A stretch of DNA of 44,108 nt from Halobacteriaceae archaeon (GTDB lineage: Archaea; Halobacteriota; Halobacteria; Halobacteriales; Halobacteriaceae). Made by a program: the position numbers and the translations under genes. Of this stretch, positions 9,793 through 19,134 are shown piece after piece. The notes under the pieces were generated by a model that made no database searches, was not told where the DNA came from, and saw nothing but the letters and a program-made list of their open reading frames with translations. The stretch is from the NCBI GenBank assembly GCA_042216675.1, contig JBDGTS010000017.1:1-44108 (forward strand). Reading direction: 5' to 3'. How positions within the stretch are numbered: the stretch's first letter is position 1; each line of letters opens with the position of its first letter.

Positions 9793-10374
9793 TCATCCGG
9801 GGAGAGCGATGTTGATGGCGCCCACGACGATTCCGACGGCGCCCGTCCGGAGGCCGGCCCGGAGCCAGTCCTGCCCGGAGATGCGAGCCATGTAGGTTCC
9901 GAACGCGAACAGGACGGCCACGCCGATGAGGACGCCGAGGACCGTCGCCCACAGCAGAGAGAGGACGGTGCCGACGAAGAAGTACGGCGTCACCGGGAGC
10001 AACATACCGATGGTGGGACCGAGACCGCTCATCGCAGCGTTGATCTTCCGCGCGGCGCCCTTGCGGTCGTGGAGTTCGGTCTCGTGGAGGTCGGTGAGCA
10101 TCTTCTCCTCGACCTGCTTGAGTTCGGCCAGTTTCTCCGCGCGCTCGATCTCCCAGACGCTCCAGACGCCGGACGCTGCGAGGCCGACCGTACCGCCCGC
10201 GACGATGCGGACGATCTCCAGCCCCGTCTGGTTGCCGCTGAGGAACGACCCGACGATGATGCCGATGCAGGTCAGCGTGCCGTCGAAGCCGTTCGAGATG
10301 AAGTATCGACGCGATATCGAGCGGACCTCCTCGTTCCGGAGGAGTGCCCGGTACGTCTCTAGTCTCGATGGCAT
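9793..10374 (-). CDS. VIT1/CCC1 family membrane protein
   Basis: RRYFISNGFDGTLT, GVWSVWEIERAE, LLPVTPYFF, about 5 hydrophobic segments; 6 nt downstream of the DUF211 gene. Confidence 0.85.
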   Translation of the reverse strand: MPSRLETYRALLRNEEVRSISRRYFISNGFDGTLTCIGIIVGSFLSGNQTGLEIVRIVAGGTVGLAASGVWSVWEIERAEKLAELKQVEEKMLTDLHETELHDRKGAARKINAAMSGLGPTIGMLLPVTPYFFVGTVLSLLWATVLGVLIGVAVLFAFGTYMARISGQDWLRAGLRTGAVGIVVGAINIALPG

Positions 10375-10380
10375 CGGGGG

Positions 10381-10671
10381 TCAGTCGTCTTGGGGGGTCC
10401 GGCTCTCCTCGACGAGGCGCTCGCCGTACGCGATCTCGTCGATGGAGTGGATGGTCCCGCTGAGGTCCGTGATGGTCTGCTCGACGGCGTCGTAGTCGAT
10501 GTCCTCGCCCTCGATGGTGAGTTTGAGGTTCTGCACCTGCTTGTCGGTCTCGAGGAGTGCCGCGTTCACCCCCTCGACGCCGTCTATCTCCGCGATGGAC
10601 TGAGCGAAGTCGACGGTGTCGATCTCGTTGGGTTTGAGCAGGTCGAGGACGAGCCGATTGATGCCGGGCAT
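10381..10671 (-). CDS. DUF211 domain protein
   Basis: INRLVLDLLKP..GVEGVN..LKLTIEGEDIDYD..GTIHSIDEIAYG matches the family pattern. Confidence 0.88.
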   Translation of the reverse strand: MPGINRLVLDLLKPNEIDTVDFAQSIAEIDGVEGVNAALLETDKQVQNLKLTIEGEDIDYDAVEQTITDLSGTIHSIDEIAYGERLVEESRTPQDD

Positions 10672-10723
10672 TACCGGAGTGTACTGCCGGCCGGCAGGTA
10701 AGGGTTCGGCCCACAGTCTGTGA

Positions 10724-11467
10724 CTATTCGAGCGCGGCCTCCAGCGGGAACGAGTACTCCTCGCTCAACTCCACGCCGCCGAGGGCATCGTAGAGGGAGA
10801 AGAGGTCGGCCACGTCGCTCTCGGCGTAGTCGCGGAGGAGACGCTCCAGTTCCCGGTGGGTCCGTGTCGCTTCGAGGCCAGCCGTGACGCCGTCGACGTA
10901 GCGCTCGCCGAGCACGCGCCCGACGAGCTCGCCTTTCACGTGGTCGTCCTCGACCCCCAGTTCCGCGACGTAGTCGTCGTGGAAGTCGTAGTCGTCGTAC
11001 CAGACAGATTCGTTCTCGATGCCGGCGAGCCGGTAGGCCTTCCAGTCCGAGAGGACGACCTGATCGTCCCACAGTTCGTCGGCGTACCGGTCGGCCGCGG
11101 CGCGGGCGAGGTCGACGTGTTCGGGGAAGAGCCCCGACAGGTCGTCGTACGCGCCGTCGTAGCCCGTCTCTTCGAGGTCACGGGCCCACGTTCCCATGTG
11201 CACGAGGTCGAACCACGCTCCGTTGTACGTCAGCGTCCGGTCGATCTGCCGCTCCGCACACCACGAGACCACCCTCTCGAGCATGTCAGCCGTGTACTCG
11301 TCGCCCCACCCGCCCCGCCGGAAGAAGACCTCCGTCTCCGGCGTCGCCGTCTCGTCGGGGCGATACGCGACGGCGGTCGCGAGCCACTCGTAGTGCTCGG
11401 TGTTGTTGTCCCCTGTCGGCTCCTCGAACGGGCTCGCCGTCTCGATGTCGATTGCCAGCAGACCCAT
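10724..11467 (-). CDS. Stand-alone DEDD(y)/RNase H-fold 3'-5' exonuclease-like protein
   Basis: ExoI AIDIET, ExoII LTYNGAWFD, HVDL, ExoIII DYAESDV. Confidence 0.7.
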   Translation of the reverse strand: MGLLAIDIETASPFEEPTGDNNTEHYEWLATAVAYRPDETATPETEVFFRRGGWGDEYTADMLERVVSWCAERQIDRTLTYNGAWFDLVHMGTWARDLEETGYDGAYDDLSGLFPEHVDLARAAADRYADELWDDQVVLSDWKAYRLAGIENESVWYDDYDFHDDYVAELGVEDDHVKGELVGRVLGERYVDGVTAGLEATRTHRELERLLRDYAESDVADLFSLYDALGGVELSEEYSFPLEAALE

Positions 11468-11672
11468 CAGCGAACGATGGTGTCACCGTCGGCTTAAACT
11501 GTGGCTTCGAACCGCGGTTGGTAGTCGATGGCCCGCATGGGAACGACGCACGGCCCTCGGCGATTCTCACGTCCGGAGAATCGCATCCCGCCCTTATCCC
11601 TCGTCCGAGCGAACGTCGAAGTAGCACCGATTGCAGCCCGGTTCGGCCGGGCGATCGATGCTGGTGATCTCG

Positions 11673-11879
11673 ATGATGGAACACGACGCCGACTCGTCCG
11701 ACGCCAGCCAGCGGATGCTGACCGGCATCGCCGCGCGTCTCGAGTCCGCGGTCGCCGAGTATCCCGACGCTCCCGACGAGTGCACCATCTATCCGGCCGA
11801 CGCGACCGACGAGGCGCTGATGACGACGTGGATCAGCGCCGAAGAGGGGTCGTTCGTCGACCTCGACGAGATGCGGTGA
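11673..11879 (+). CDS. Small haloarchaeal conserved protein (DUF7511-like)
   Basis: LESAVAEYPDAPDECTIYPADATDEALMTTWISAEEGSFVDLDEMR resembles this widespread small-protein pattern; start at ATG 11673 or 11676. Confidence 0.75.
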   Translation: MMEHDADSSDASQRMLTGIAARLESAVAEYPDAPDECTIYPADATDEALMTTWISAEEGSFVDLDEMR

Positions 11880-11961
11880 CCTGTCGGTCGAGTTCGCGAC
11901 CGACGGGATAGCCAGTGGCGCCGCCGTTCGAGTGATTCCACAGCCATCGGAAATCGGCCCC

Positions 11962-12789
11962 TCACCCCACGAAGAAGAACATCGCCGAAAACGCGAGCAG
12001 GACGCCCCCGAGGAGGAAGTAGAGGAGGGCCTCCTGTCGCATTCGGGACGCGAGGTCGAGGTCCGTGTCGTCGGTCACGAGAAACTTGGGCGCGCCCCCG
12101 TCGTCGACGATTGCAGTCACCACCGGCGCCTCGACGCCGTCAGTCGCGTCGGGGTCGGTCTCGCCCGCGACCCGTGCCTGCTCGCCGAGGTCGAGCCGAT
12201 ACTCCTCGTACCGTCGCTCGTAGCGACCCACGGGGTCGACGTCCGTCTCCCGTTCGAGGAACTCGGCGACGAACGCGGGCGGGTCTTCGCCACCGTCGAC
12301 GGTGTACTCGTCGCCGCTCGTCAACACGAGGTCGGCGTCCGCCGGGTCGACGTACGCCGACCCGGTGCCGTCGTCGACGACGAACGGGCCGAACTCTTGG
12401 TCTCTGTGTTTGGTCGTCCACGCCATGGCCTTCGGTCACAGCCCCTCCTCGTCCGACGGACTGTACTCTTCGACCTGGAGTTGCCAAGCGACGCAGTCCG
12501 TGTCGGTCAACGGCGCCGTGAACGGGTCGGCCATCGACTGTGCGCCCCCGACGATCTGGACGGCCTCACGACGCCCGTCGAGCGAGCCGATCGACGTCCG
12601 CTCGACCGACCGGGCGGAGTGCCACCGGCCGACCGCCCGGAATCCGTGATAGACGAAGAACAACCCGGCCGTGCCGGTGAGCGACGCCAAGAACCCGAGC
12701 GGGGTGGCGACGGCCACGACTGCGACGCCCACCAGCCACACCGCGACCCACCGTTTCCAGTGCTCGTTGTACTCGCCGACGTTGACCAT
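11962..12789 (-). pseudogene. GIDE-domain (E3 ligase-family-like) membrane protein interrupted by an in-frame TGA at 12436-12438
   Basis: ORFs 12436..12822 and 11962..12426 share one frame: ..FTAPLTDTDCVAWQLQVEEYSPSDEEGL*PKAMAWTTKHRDQEFGPFVVDDGTGSAYVDP..RRYEEYRLDLGEQARVAG..KFLVTD + C-terminal TM. Likely start at ATG 12789 (MVNVGE). Confidence 0.7.
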
Positions 12790-12958
12790 TATTTGGTCCA
12801 TGGTACCGATACACGTTGTCATGTACGGATGTTGTCCCTTTCAATATACTGGTGCACCGCCCGAGATGGCCGCTCTGGGGCAGTTTTGGACGTGTCTGAC
12901 GCCGCCCCGGGAACGACCGACCGAACAGCCCGCGCGGCGTCACCGCTGTCAGTCGTCT

Positions 12959-13996
12959 TTACGCCCCTTTGATGAGATGGACCATCCCAACAGTCTCGGC
13001 GACGACCCACGCGACGAACAGCGCGTACGCCCCCAAGAGGACGTAGGCCTCGACGCCGGTGACCGAGAGGTCCGTCCGGAGGAACGTGAACAGGAGGACC
13101 GTCGCGAGCGTCAGCACGCCGAACATCGGGACGGCGACGGCGAAGTCCACGGCCACGGTGCCGACGATGAGGACGCCGATGGGGATGGCGACGAGCAGGT
13201 CGAACGTGTTCGAGCCGAGGACGTTCCCGAGGCTGGTGATGCCCTTGTCCGCCTTCGCCGTGCGGACGCTCACGAGCAGGTCCGGGAGGCTGGTCGCGGC
13301 CGCGATGATGGTGACGCCGGCGAGGAACTCCGGGATGCCGAACGTGTGGCCCAGCGACTCGACGCCGCCGACCAACTGCTCGACGGCGACGAGGATGACG
13401 AGCAACCCCACGGCGAGGCGGCCCCACTCGCCGCGAACCGAGATGTCGGTCGGCGCGGCCGCGGCCTCGTGGTCACCGACGTCCTGCCACTGGATGAAGA
13501 GGTAGAGGCCATACAGGAGCAGCGGCAACAGCGCCAGCGGGCGGGTGAGTTGGCCGGCCAGCGCGGGTCCGTTCGGTACGGGGTCGTAGATGACCGCGAG
13601 CGCGAACGTCACGACGAGCGCGGAGACGGCGATCATGTAGAACTGCGCCTCCTTGTAGACGATGGTGCGGTTCGTGTCCAGATGCCCCTCCGAGGCGATG
13701 CCGGAGAGCGAGGGGATGACGAGGATGTTGAAGATGGCGGACCCGACGATGGCGCCGACGCCCATGTTGAACGTCCCCGCCAGGGCAGTAAACACGACGC
13801 TGGCCAACTCCGGGAAACTCGACCCGACGGCGACGACGATTGAGCCCTGCACCACGGCCGGGAGGCCGTAGTAGCCGGAGAGATGTTCGGCCGACTCTTC
13901 GAGCCACCCGCTTCCGAACCAGATGAACCCCGTCGCGACGAGAATCACGAGGCCGTTCACGAGGGGCGTGTTCGGGAGGATACCACCGAGGACCAT
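12959..13996 (-). CDS. Sodium:calcium antiporter (CaCA/YrbG family)
   Basis: Two alpha repeats: AVGSSFPEL..GAIVGSAIFNIL and AAATSLPDL..GNVLGSNTFDL; about 10 TMs. Confidence 0.93.
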   Translation of the reverse strand: MVLGGILPNTPLVNGLVILVATGFIWFGSGWLEESAEHLSGYYGLPAVVQGSIVVAVGSSFPELASVVFTALAGTFNMGVGAIVGSAIFNILVIPSLSGIASEGHLDTNRTIVYKEAQFYMIAVSALVVTFALAVIYDPVPNGPALAGQLTRPLALLPLLLYGLYLFIQWQDVGDHEAAAAPTDISVRGEWGRLAVGLLVILVAVEQLVGGVESLGHTFGIPEFLAGVTIIAAATSLPDLLVSVRTAKADKGITSLGNVLGSNTFDLLVAIPIGVLIVGTVAVDFAVAVPMFGVLTLATVLLFTFLRTDLSVTGVEAYVLLGAYALFVAWVVAETVGMVHLIKGA

Positions 13997-14071
13997 CGTC
14001 CCGAGGATTGCGGGCGAGTCGGATAGTTCTGATTGTCCCGCGCGGCGTCGAACGCCCCTCTGGATTGGAGC

Positions 14072-14722
14072 TCAGCGATGCGCTCGATTCGGCTCGGCCA
14101 CGGCCCGAACCGGCGCCCCGTCGACGCCGAGCGCTAACGGGTACGCGTGGAGCGTCACGCTCCGAGGCAGTCCGCCGAGGCCGGTGAGGTTCTCGACGAC
14201 GAGGCAGTCCGCACCGAGGAGCGCGTGGTGCGCGGGAACGCCCGAGGGCTCCGCCGCCGTGGCCGACTCCGTCGGCGTCGGGTCGGGGCTCAGCGTGTCG
14301 AGGCCGACGTGATAGCCCGCCTCGGCGCAGCGCTCGGCCGTCGCCGGTGCCAGATACGGATGCTCGGCGTAGCGCGGGGTGTCCCAGTACGCGTCCCAGC
14401 CAGTCCGAAAGACGAGCATGTCGGCGTCGGTGTTCGGCACGACTGTCGGCGGTATCGCGTCCCGGTCGTCGAGATTCGGCAGGTCGACGATTCGGGCGTC
14501 GAAGCGAAAGTCGGCCACGGAGAACGCGTCGAGGGTCTTCCCGTCCGGTTCGGTGTGGCGAGGTGCGTCGACGTGGGTTCCGGTGTGGCTCCCCATCTGG
14601 ACGCCGGTGACGCTGTAGCCGTCGCTCTCGTGTGTCGCGTGAGACGAGAGCGCCACGTCCGGGTCGCCGGGATAGGTGGGCATCCCCGTCTCGATAGGGT
14701 GTGAGCAGTCGACGAGGGTCAT
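14072..14722 (-). CDS. Cyclase family (kynurenine formamidase-like) metallohydrolase
   Basis: DCSHPIETGMPTYPGDP, HTGTHVDAPRH, FRTGW, GLDTLSPD, VENLTGL, DGAPVRAVA. Confidence 0.92.
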   Translation of the reverse strand: MTLVDCSHPIETGMPTYPGDPDVALSSHATHESDGYSVTGVQMGSHTGTHVDAPRHTEPDGKTLDAFSVADFRFDARIVDLPNLDDRDAIPPTVVPNTDADMLVFRTGWDAYWDTPRYAEHPYLAPATAERCAEAGYHVGLDTLSPDPTPTESATAAEPSGVPAHHALLGADCLVVENLTGLGGLPRSVTLHAYPLALGVDGAPVRAVAEPNRAHR

Positions 14723-14833
14723 CGGTTCTGGTCTCTACAGAAGGCGGAGGGAAAAGGCTGGTCGGGGGACGCACGAATGAAAAGCGGCGGGCGACGTGAT
14801 GCCCACGGTAGTGTCGCCCGCCGAGAAAACCGA

Positions 14834-15394
14834 CTACAGTTCCGGCACGTCCGACGGCACGTCGAAGTCGTGGTAGTACTCGCCCTTCTCCTTGCTGAGG
14901 ATGTCGAGGACGGCGGCAGCGCCGTCGCCGGCCGCGATGACGGCCTGCCACTTCTCGGCGCGGCCCATCGCGCCCGTCGCGTAGACGTTCTCGACGGACG
15001 TCTCCATGTCGAGAGTCACGTCGACGACGTCCTCGTCGGTGAACGCACAGCCGAGGTCCTCCGCGAGACTCCGGTCACCACCGGTGGCGAGGACGACGTA
15101 CGTCGCCTCGTACTCGTCCGCCTCGGTGGTCACGACGAATCCGTCGGCCGCCTCCTCGACGGCCGTGACCTCTTCCTCGTGGAGCGTCGCGCCCCGGTCC
15201 TGCGCCTGCCCGCGGGTGACCGTGAGGAACTCGTCGCCGCTGATGCTGCGCACGGCCGGGTAGTTGAACAGGTGCGCCTTGTGCATCCACGACTCGTCGG
15301 TGTCGAACGCGACGGTGTCGAGGTCGTTCTTCGCCGCGTACAGTGCTGCTGTCAGGCCGGCGGGGCCGCCGCCGACGACTGCTACGTCCGCCAT
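14834..15394 (-). CDS. Short FAD-dependent oxidoreductase (thioredoxin reductase-like, lacking the central NADPH domain)
   Basis: VAVVGGGPAGLTAA, VVLATG, ETSVENVYATG, QAVIAAGDGAAA; 186 aa. Confidence 0.88.
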   Translation of the reverse strand: MADVAVVGGGPAGLTAALYAAKNDLDTVAFDTDESWMHKAHLFNYPAVRSISGDEFLTVTRGQAQDRGATLHEEEVTAVEEAADGFVVTTEADEYEATYVVLATGGDRSLAEDLGCAFTDEDVVDVTLDMETSVENVYATGAMGRAEKWQAVIAAGDGAAAVLDILSKEKGEYYHDFDVPSDVPEL

Positions 15395-15423
15395 GTCTCA
15401 TGCCACCCGTCGCTCGGGGAAGT

Positions 15424-15444
15424 ATTTTACCATCTGGTAAAATC
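15424..15444. promoter_or_regulatory. Palindromic operator candidate, copy 1 (upstream of the oxidoreductase)
   Basis: ATTTTACCA-TC-TGGTAAAAT, a perfect 9-bp inverted repeat 30-49 nt before ATG 15394. Confidence 0.7.
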
Positions 15445-15450
15445 CCGCCG

Positions 15451-16191
15451 CTACAGCACGAACGGACCGCGCTGCTGGATCGGCTCGTCGTGTGGCCGGC
15501 CGGACACGGCGGCGACGCGGAGCGACTCGTCCGCGCGGACCTCGATTTCGCGCGCCGACTCGTCGGGGAGGGGCAACACGTCCCCGTCACTGAACGCGTG
15601 CCCGTCGACGGCGCCGCGCCCGGAGACACCGTAGAGGAACCCGACCCAGTCCTCGGGTACGGTCCACGTCCACGCGTCCGTGACTGACGCGTCGAGGTAC
15701 TCCATCGGCGTGTGGAGGTCGATGGGAGAGCCCTCGCCGACGACGGTGGTGACTGTCGTGCCGTCTCGCTCGACCGTCGGCAGTTCGTCGGCGCTCGCAT
15801 CGACGTAGTCGGGTTCCACGTCTTTCTCTGCTCGCGGGAGGTTCACCCAGAGTTGGAGGCCGGTACACGCCTCGCCGTCGGCCGGGAACTCGGCGTGGCG
15901 GATGCTCTCGCCCGCGGTGATGCGCATCGCGTCGCTCTCGGAGGCGGTGTTGGTGACGCCCAGCGAATCCTCGTGGGCCATCCCGCCCTCGATCATGTAC
16001 GAGACGATTTCGAACCCGCGGTGTTCGTGCATCGGGAACCCCTGCTCGGGGTCGATGTAGAACTGCTCGAAGAGGACGAACGGGTCGAGATGCCGCGGGA
16101 ACTCGTCGGTCGGGAACGCCCGGTTCGACTGGACGCCGGTGCCGTGGCGAACGCGCTGCCCGGAGAGCGGCGTCGGGTCGTCGGTGGACAT
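15451..16191 (-). CDS. Pirin family protein
   Basis: LDPFVLF, GFPMHEHRGFEIVSY, MAHEDSLG, ITAGESIRHAE, GLQLWVNLP, QRGPFV. Confidence 0.95.
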   Translation of the reverse strand: MSTDDPTPLSGQRVRHGTGVQSNRAFPTDEFPRHLDPFVLFEQFYIDPEQGFPMHEHRGFEIVSYMIEGGMAHEDSLGVTNTASESDAMRITAGESIRHAEFPADGEACTGLQLWVNLPRAEKDVEPDYVDASADELPTVERDGTTVTTVVGEGSPIDLHTPMEYLDASVTDAWTWTVPEDWVGFLYGVSGRGAVDGHAFSDGDVLPLPDESAREIEVRADESLRVAAVSGRPHDEPIQQRGPFVL

Positions 16192-16204
16192 ACCCGACGT
16201 ACGC

Positions 16205-16222
16205 TTACCATGCGGTAAAATC
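16205..16222. promoter_or_regulatory. Palindromic operator candidate, copy 2 (upstream of pirin)
   Basis: TTACCATGCGGTAAAATC, 16/18 identical to TTACCATCTGGTAAAATC at 15427-15444; 14-31 nt before ATG 16191. Confidence 0.7.
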
Positions 16223-16242
16223 TGGCGGAAGGGGCACGTCGC

Positions 16243-16857
16243 TCACTCAGAGGGGTACAGCGAGTCGAGCACGAAGTCGTCGATGGCCTGCCGTGCCTCG
16301 GTGGGCGCGTCCTCGTGCCCCAGCGCGATGCGGCGCTCCCGCGCGGCGTGAATCACGTCGGTGATGAGCTGGCCCATCCGCTCGGCGTCCACGTCGCGGA
16401 ACGTCCCCTGCTCGATGCCGTCCTCGATGACGGACACGATGCTGTCACGGAGTCGGTCGTAGTGCTCGTCGAACAGTTCGCGGTGCGTCTCGTCGTTCCG
16501 GGCGTGGGCGTACAGTTCGTGGTACACCTTCATCCGGTCCCAGTGGCCGAAGTCGTCGAACTCCGGGCCGAACAGACAGCGGTCGATGCGGGCGTCGAGT
16601 TCCGCCCGCGGGCCCGCCGCAGCGTCCACGTCGACGCTCCCCTCGTACTGGTCGATGACGTACGCCAGAAACGAGGCCAGCAGGTCGTACTTCCCGTCGT
16701 AGTGGTAGTGGATGACCTGTCGCGACAGGTCCATCTCCTCGCCGATGTCCCGCAAACGGAGGTCCTTGTAGCCGTGTTCGCTCAGGGCCCTGAAGGTGGC
16801 CTCCATGATTTCCTCGCGGGTGTCCCGCGACGCGGCGCCTCCGTCTAAACCGCTCAT
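16243..16857 (-). CDS. TetR/AcrR family transcriptional regulator
   Basis: TREEIMEATFRALSEHGYKDLRLRDIGEEMDLSRQVIHYHYDGKYDLL HTH; start at ATG 16857. Confidence 0.93.
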   Translation of the reverse strand: MSGLDGGAASRDTREEIMEATFRALSEHGYKDLRLRDIGEEMDLSRQVIHYHYDGKYDLLASFLAYVIDQYEGSVDVDAAAGPRAELDARIDRCLFGPEFDDFGHWDRMKVYHELYAHARNDETHRELFDEHYDRLRDSIVSVIEDGIEQGTFRDVDAERMGQLITDVIHAARERRIALGHEDAPTEARQAIDDFVLDSLYPSE

Positions 16858-16936
16858 ACCGGACAGTTGGTGGGGAGACTCAAAGCCGTTTCTCCCCGAC
16901 GCCACGCTTTTGGGCCGAGTCGGCATACTGGGGCGC

Positions 16937-17350
16937 ATGCCTCCGGGAGCGGTCATCGCCGACGTCGCCGACGTGCCGGCCGACGGTTCGTACCTGTTCA
17001 CGGCCGAGGACCCGTTCACGAACGAGACGGAACTCATCCTCGTCCGGTGTGACGACGACCCGGGTGTCCGGGCGTGGCACAACACCTGCACCCACGAGAG
17101 CCAGCGGTTCGACCGGGGCGACGGCGCGGCGATTCGCGACGGGGAACTCGTCTGCCCGCGCCACGGGTCGCTCTTCGACACCTGCAGCGGGGACTGTGAC
17201 AACGGCCCCGCCGCGGGCACCGAACTCCCGTCCGTCGAGGTGGCCGTCGCGGACGGGCAGGTGTACCTCGCCGACGACAAGTACACCTACCTCCACGACG
17301 GCGGCATCAAGGACGAGGAACCCGGGTCCTCGTCGCACCTCTCGTTCTGA
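16937..17350 (+). CDS. Rieske 2Fe-2S ferredoxin-type protein
   Basis: NTCTHE and VCPRHGSLFD ligand motifs; no signal peptide or TM; start at ATG 16937. Confidence 0.92.
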   Translation: MPPGAVIADVADVPADGSYLFTAEDPFTNETELILVRCDDDPGVRAWHNTCTHESQRFDRGDGAAIRDGELVCPRHGSLFDTCSGDCDNGPAAGTELPSVEVAVADGQVYLADDKYTYLHDGGIKDEEPGSSSHLSF

Positions 17351-17353
17351 GGG

Positions 17354-17839
17354 CTATTCGAACGGGCCGAGGTCGCCCGTCGTCCCAATCGCCCACGTGA
17401 AGTCACCCGACTCGTGGACGCGCGCCGTGAGCGTCCGTCCACGCTCCTCGCCGGCCGGCCGCGGATTGAACGTCACCGTCCCGGTTCCGTTCTCGGGTTG
17501 CCGGCCGTCGACGCGGAACGCCACGGCGTACCACGCCGCGTGGGTGAAGGTCCCCCGGTAGGCGTCGCTCTCGTCCGGGTCGAGCGTCGTCGTCGCGGTC
17601 AGCGAGCGCTGTGCGGGCGGCACCGTCGTCGTTCCCGTGACGGTGCCGTCGCCGTCGCCCGGTTCCGCTCCGACGCCGGTGACGCGCATGCTGACGGCGT
17701 GTGGGAGCGAGTCGTCGTTCGCGAAGACGAGGGTACCGGCGGGGCGCTCCTCGGACCCGAGGAGCGAACAGCCGGCGGTACTCCCGGCGGCGAGACCTCC
17801 CAGCGTTGCGAGGAACGTTCGGCGGCGCGTGGAGGGCAT
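17354..17839 (-). CDS. Tat-exported lipoprotein of unknown function
   Basis: MPSTRRRTFLATLGGLAAGSTAGC: twin-arginine motif plus lipobox Cys; beta-rich body. Confidence 0.8.
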   Translation of the reverse strand: MPSTRRRTFLATLGGLAAGSTAGCSLLGSEERPAGTLVFANDDSLPHAVSMRVTGVGAEPGDGDGTVTGTTTVPPAQRSLTATTTLDPDESDAYRGTFTHAAWYAVAFRVDGRQPENGTGTVTFNPRPAGEERGRTLTARVHESGDFTWAIGTTGDLGPFE

Positions 17840-17951
17840 CGGGTGTATGCCTGCTCGGCCCGCCGGAAAATGGTTGTGCCGTCCGCGGGCGAGGCTTCGT
17901 ATCAAAACATCCATCCCCTCTCCCCCGAAAGAGCCGGCAACAGGCGTTCCC

Positions 17952-19064
17952 ATGACCGAGAAACGAGAGTACACCGGCGACTATCCGAACAAGACGCTGT
18001 ACATCCCCGGCCCGACCGAGGTTCGCGAGGACGTGCGCGAGGCGATGAACGAGCCGATGTTCGGGCACCGGATGGACCGGATGACGGACCTCTACACGAC
18101 CATCGTCGAGGACACGAAGGAGTTCCTCGGCACCGACAACGACGTCATCGTCCTCACGGCCTCCGGGACAGAGTTCATGGAGAGCGCCATCCTCAATCTC
18201 GTCGACGAGGACGTCCTCGTGACGACCTGTGGCAGTTTCAGCGAGCGACAGGCGAACGTCGCCGAGCGCCTCGGGAAGAACGTCGACACCCTCGAATACG
18301 ACTGGGGACAGGCGGTCAAGCCCGAGGACGTCCGCGAGACGCTCGAAGAGAGCGACAAGACCTACGACGTCGTGACGTGCGTGATGAACGAGAGTTCCAC
18401 CGGCGTCCGCAACCCCATCGAGGAAATCGGCGACGTCGTCGCGGACTTTCCGGACACGCTGTTCGTCGTCGACGCCGTCTCGGCGCTGGGCGGCGACTAC
18501 GTCGCCATCGACGACCACGACATCGACGTCATCTTCACGTCGGTGCAGAAGGCCTTCGCCATGCCGCCGGGCCTCGCGGTGTGTGTCGTCAGCGACGACG
18601 CCTACGAGCGCGAGGTCCAGTCCGACTCCGCCTCGTGGTACGGTGGCTTCCAGCGCTCGCTGGACTACTACGACCGGAAGGGCCAGACGCACTCCACGCC
18701 CGCCATCCCCATCATGCTGGCCTACCGCACGCAGATGAAGCACATGCTGGAGGAGGGCCACGCCGCGCGGGACGAGCGCCACCGCGAGATGGCGGAGTAC
18801 ACCCGCGACTGGGCCCGCGAGCACTTCGAGATGTTCCCCGAGGCGGGCTACATGTCCCAGACGGTGAGTTGCATCGAGAACACGCGGGGCATCGACGTGG
18901 CCGCGACCATCGAGGACGTGTCCGAGGAGTACGACATGGTGTTCTCGAACGGCTACGGGTCGACTCTCGGCGGCCAGACGTTCCGCATCGGCCACATGGG
19001 TGAGCACACCGTCGAGAGCATCCGGGAACTGACCGACGCCATCGAGGACGTCGCCGGCCTGTAA
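17952..19064 (+). CDS. Class V PLP-dependent aminotransferase (alanine-glyoxylate/serine-pyruvate family)
   Basis: LYIPGPT, TASGTEFME, NESSTGV, VVDAVSALGG, TSVQKAFAMPPG (PLP Lys), FRIGHMG; start at ATG 17952. Confidence 0.95.
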   Translation: MTEKREYTGDYPNKTLYIPGPTEVREDVREAMNEPMFGHRMDRMTDLYTTIVEDTKEFLGTDNDVIVLTASGTEFMESAILNLVDEDVLVTTCGSFSERQANVAERLGKNVDTLEYDWGQAVKPEDVRETLEESDKTYDVVTCVMNESSTGVRNPIEEIGDVVADFPDTLFVVDAVSALGGDYVAIDDHDIDVIFTSVQKAFAMPPGLAVCVVSDDAYEREVQSDSASWYGGFQRSLDYYDRKGQTHSTPAIPIMLAYRTQMKHMLEEGHAARDERHREMAEYTRDWAREHFEMFPEAGYMSQTVSCIENTRGIDVAATIEDVSEEYDMVFSNGYGSTLGGQTFRIGHMGEHTVESIRELTDAIEDVAGL

Positions 19065-19134
19065 GCGCTTTTCAATCCCCCCAGCACAGCCGGGACAATC
19101 TCTCTCCGAACTGGGCACGTTGGACCGTGTGACG

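Noticed and set aside
11495-11530. GGCTTCGAACC resembling a tRNA T-loop
   Set aside because: I could not fold a cloverleaf or acceptor stem; tRNAscan-SE in archaeal mode would settle it.
12436-12438. Selenocysteine recoding of the in-frame TGA
   Set aside because: Haloarchaea are not known to have Sec machinery, and the site is a variable loop rather than a redox motif.
16937-17350. Rieske protein as the PetA partner of the lone petD
   Set aside because: No Tat signal or TM anchor, ferredoxin-type motifs, and 8 kb away.
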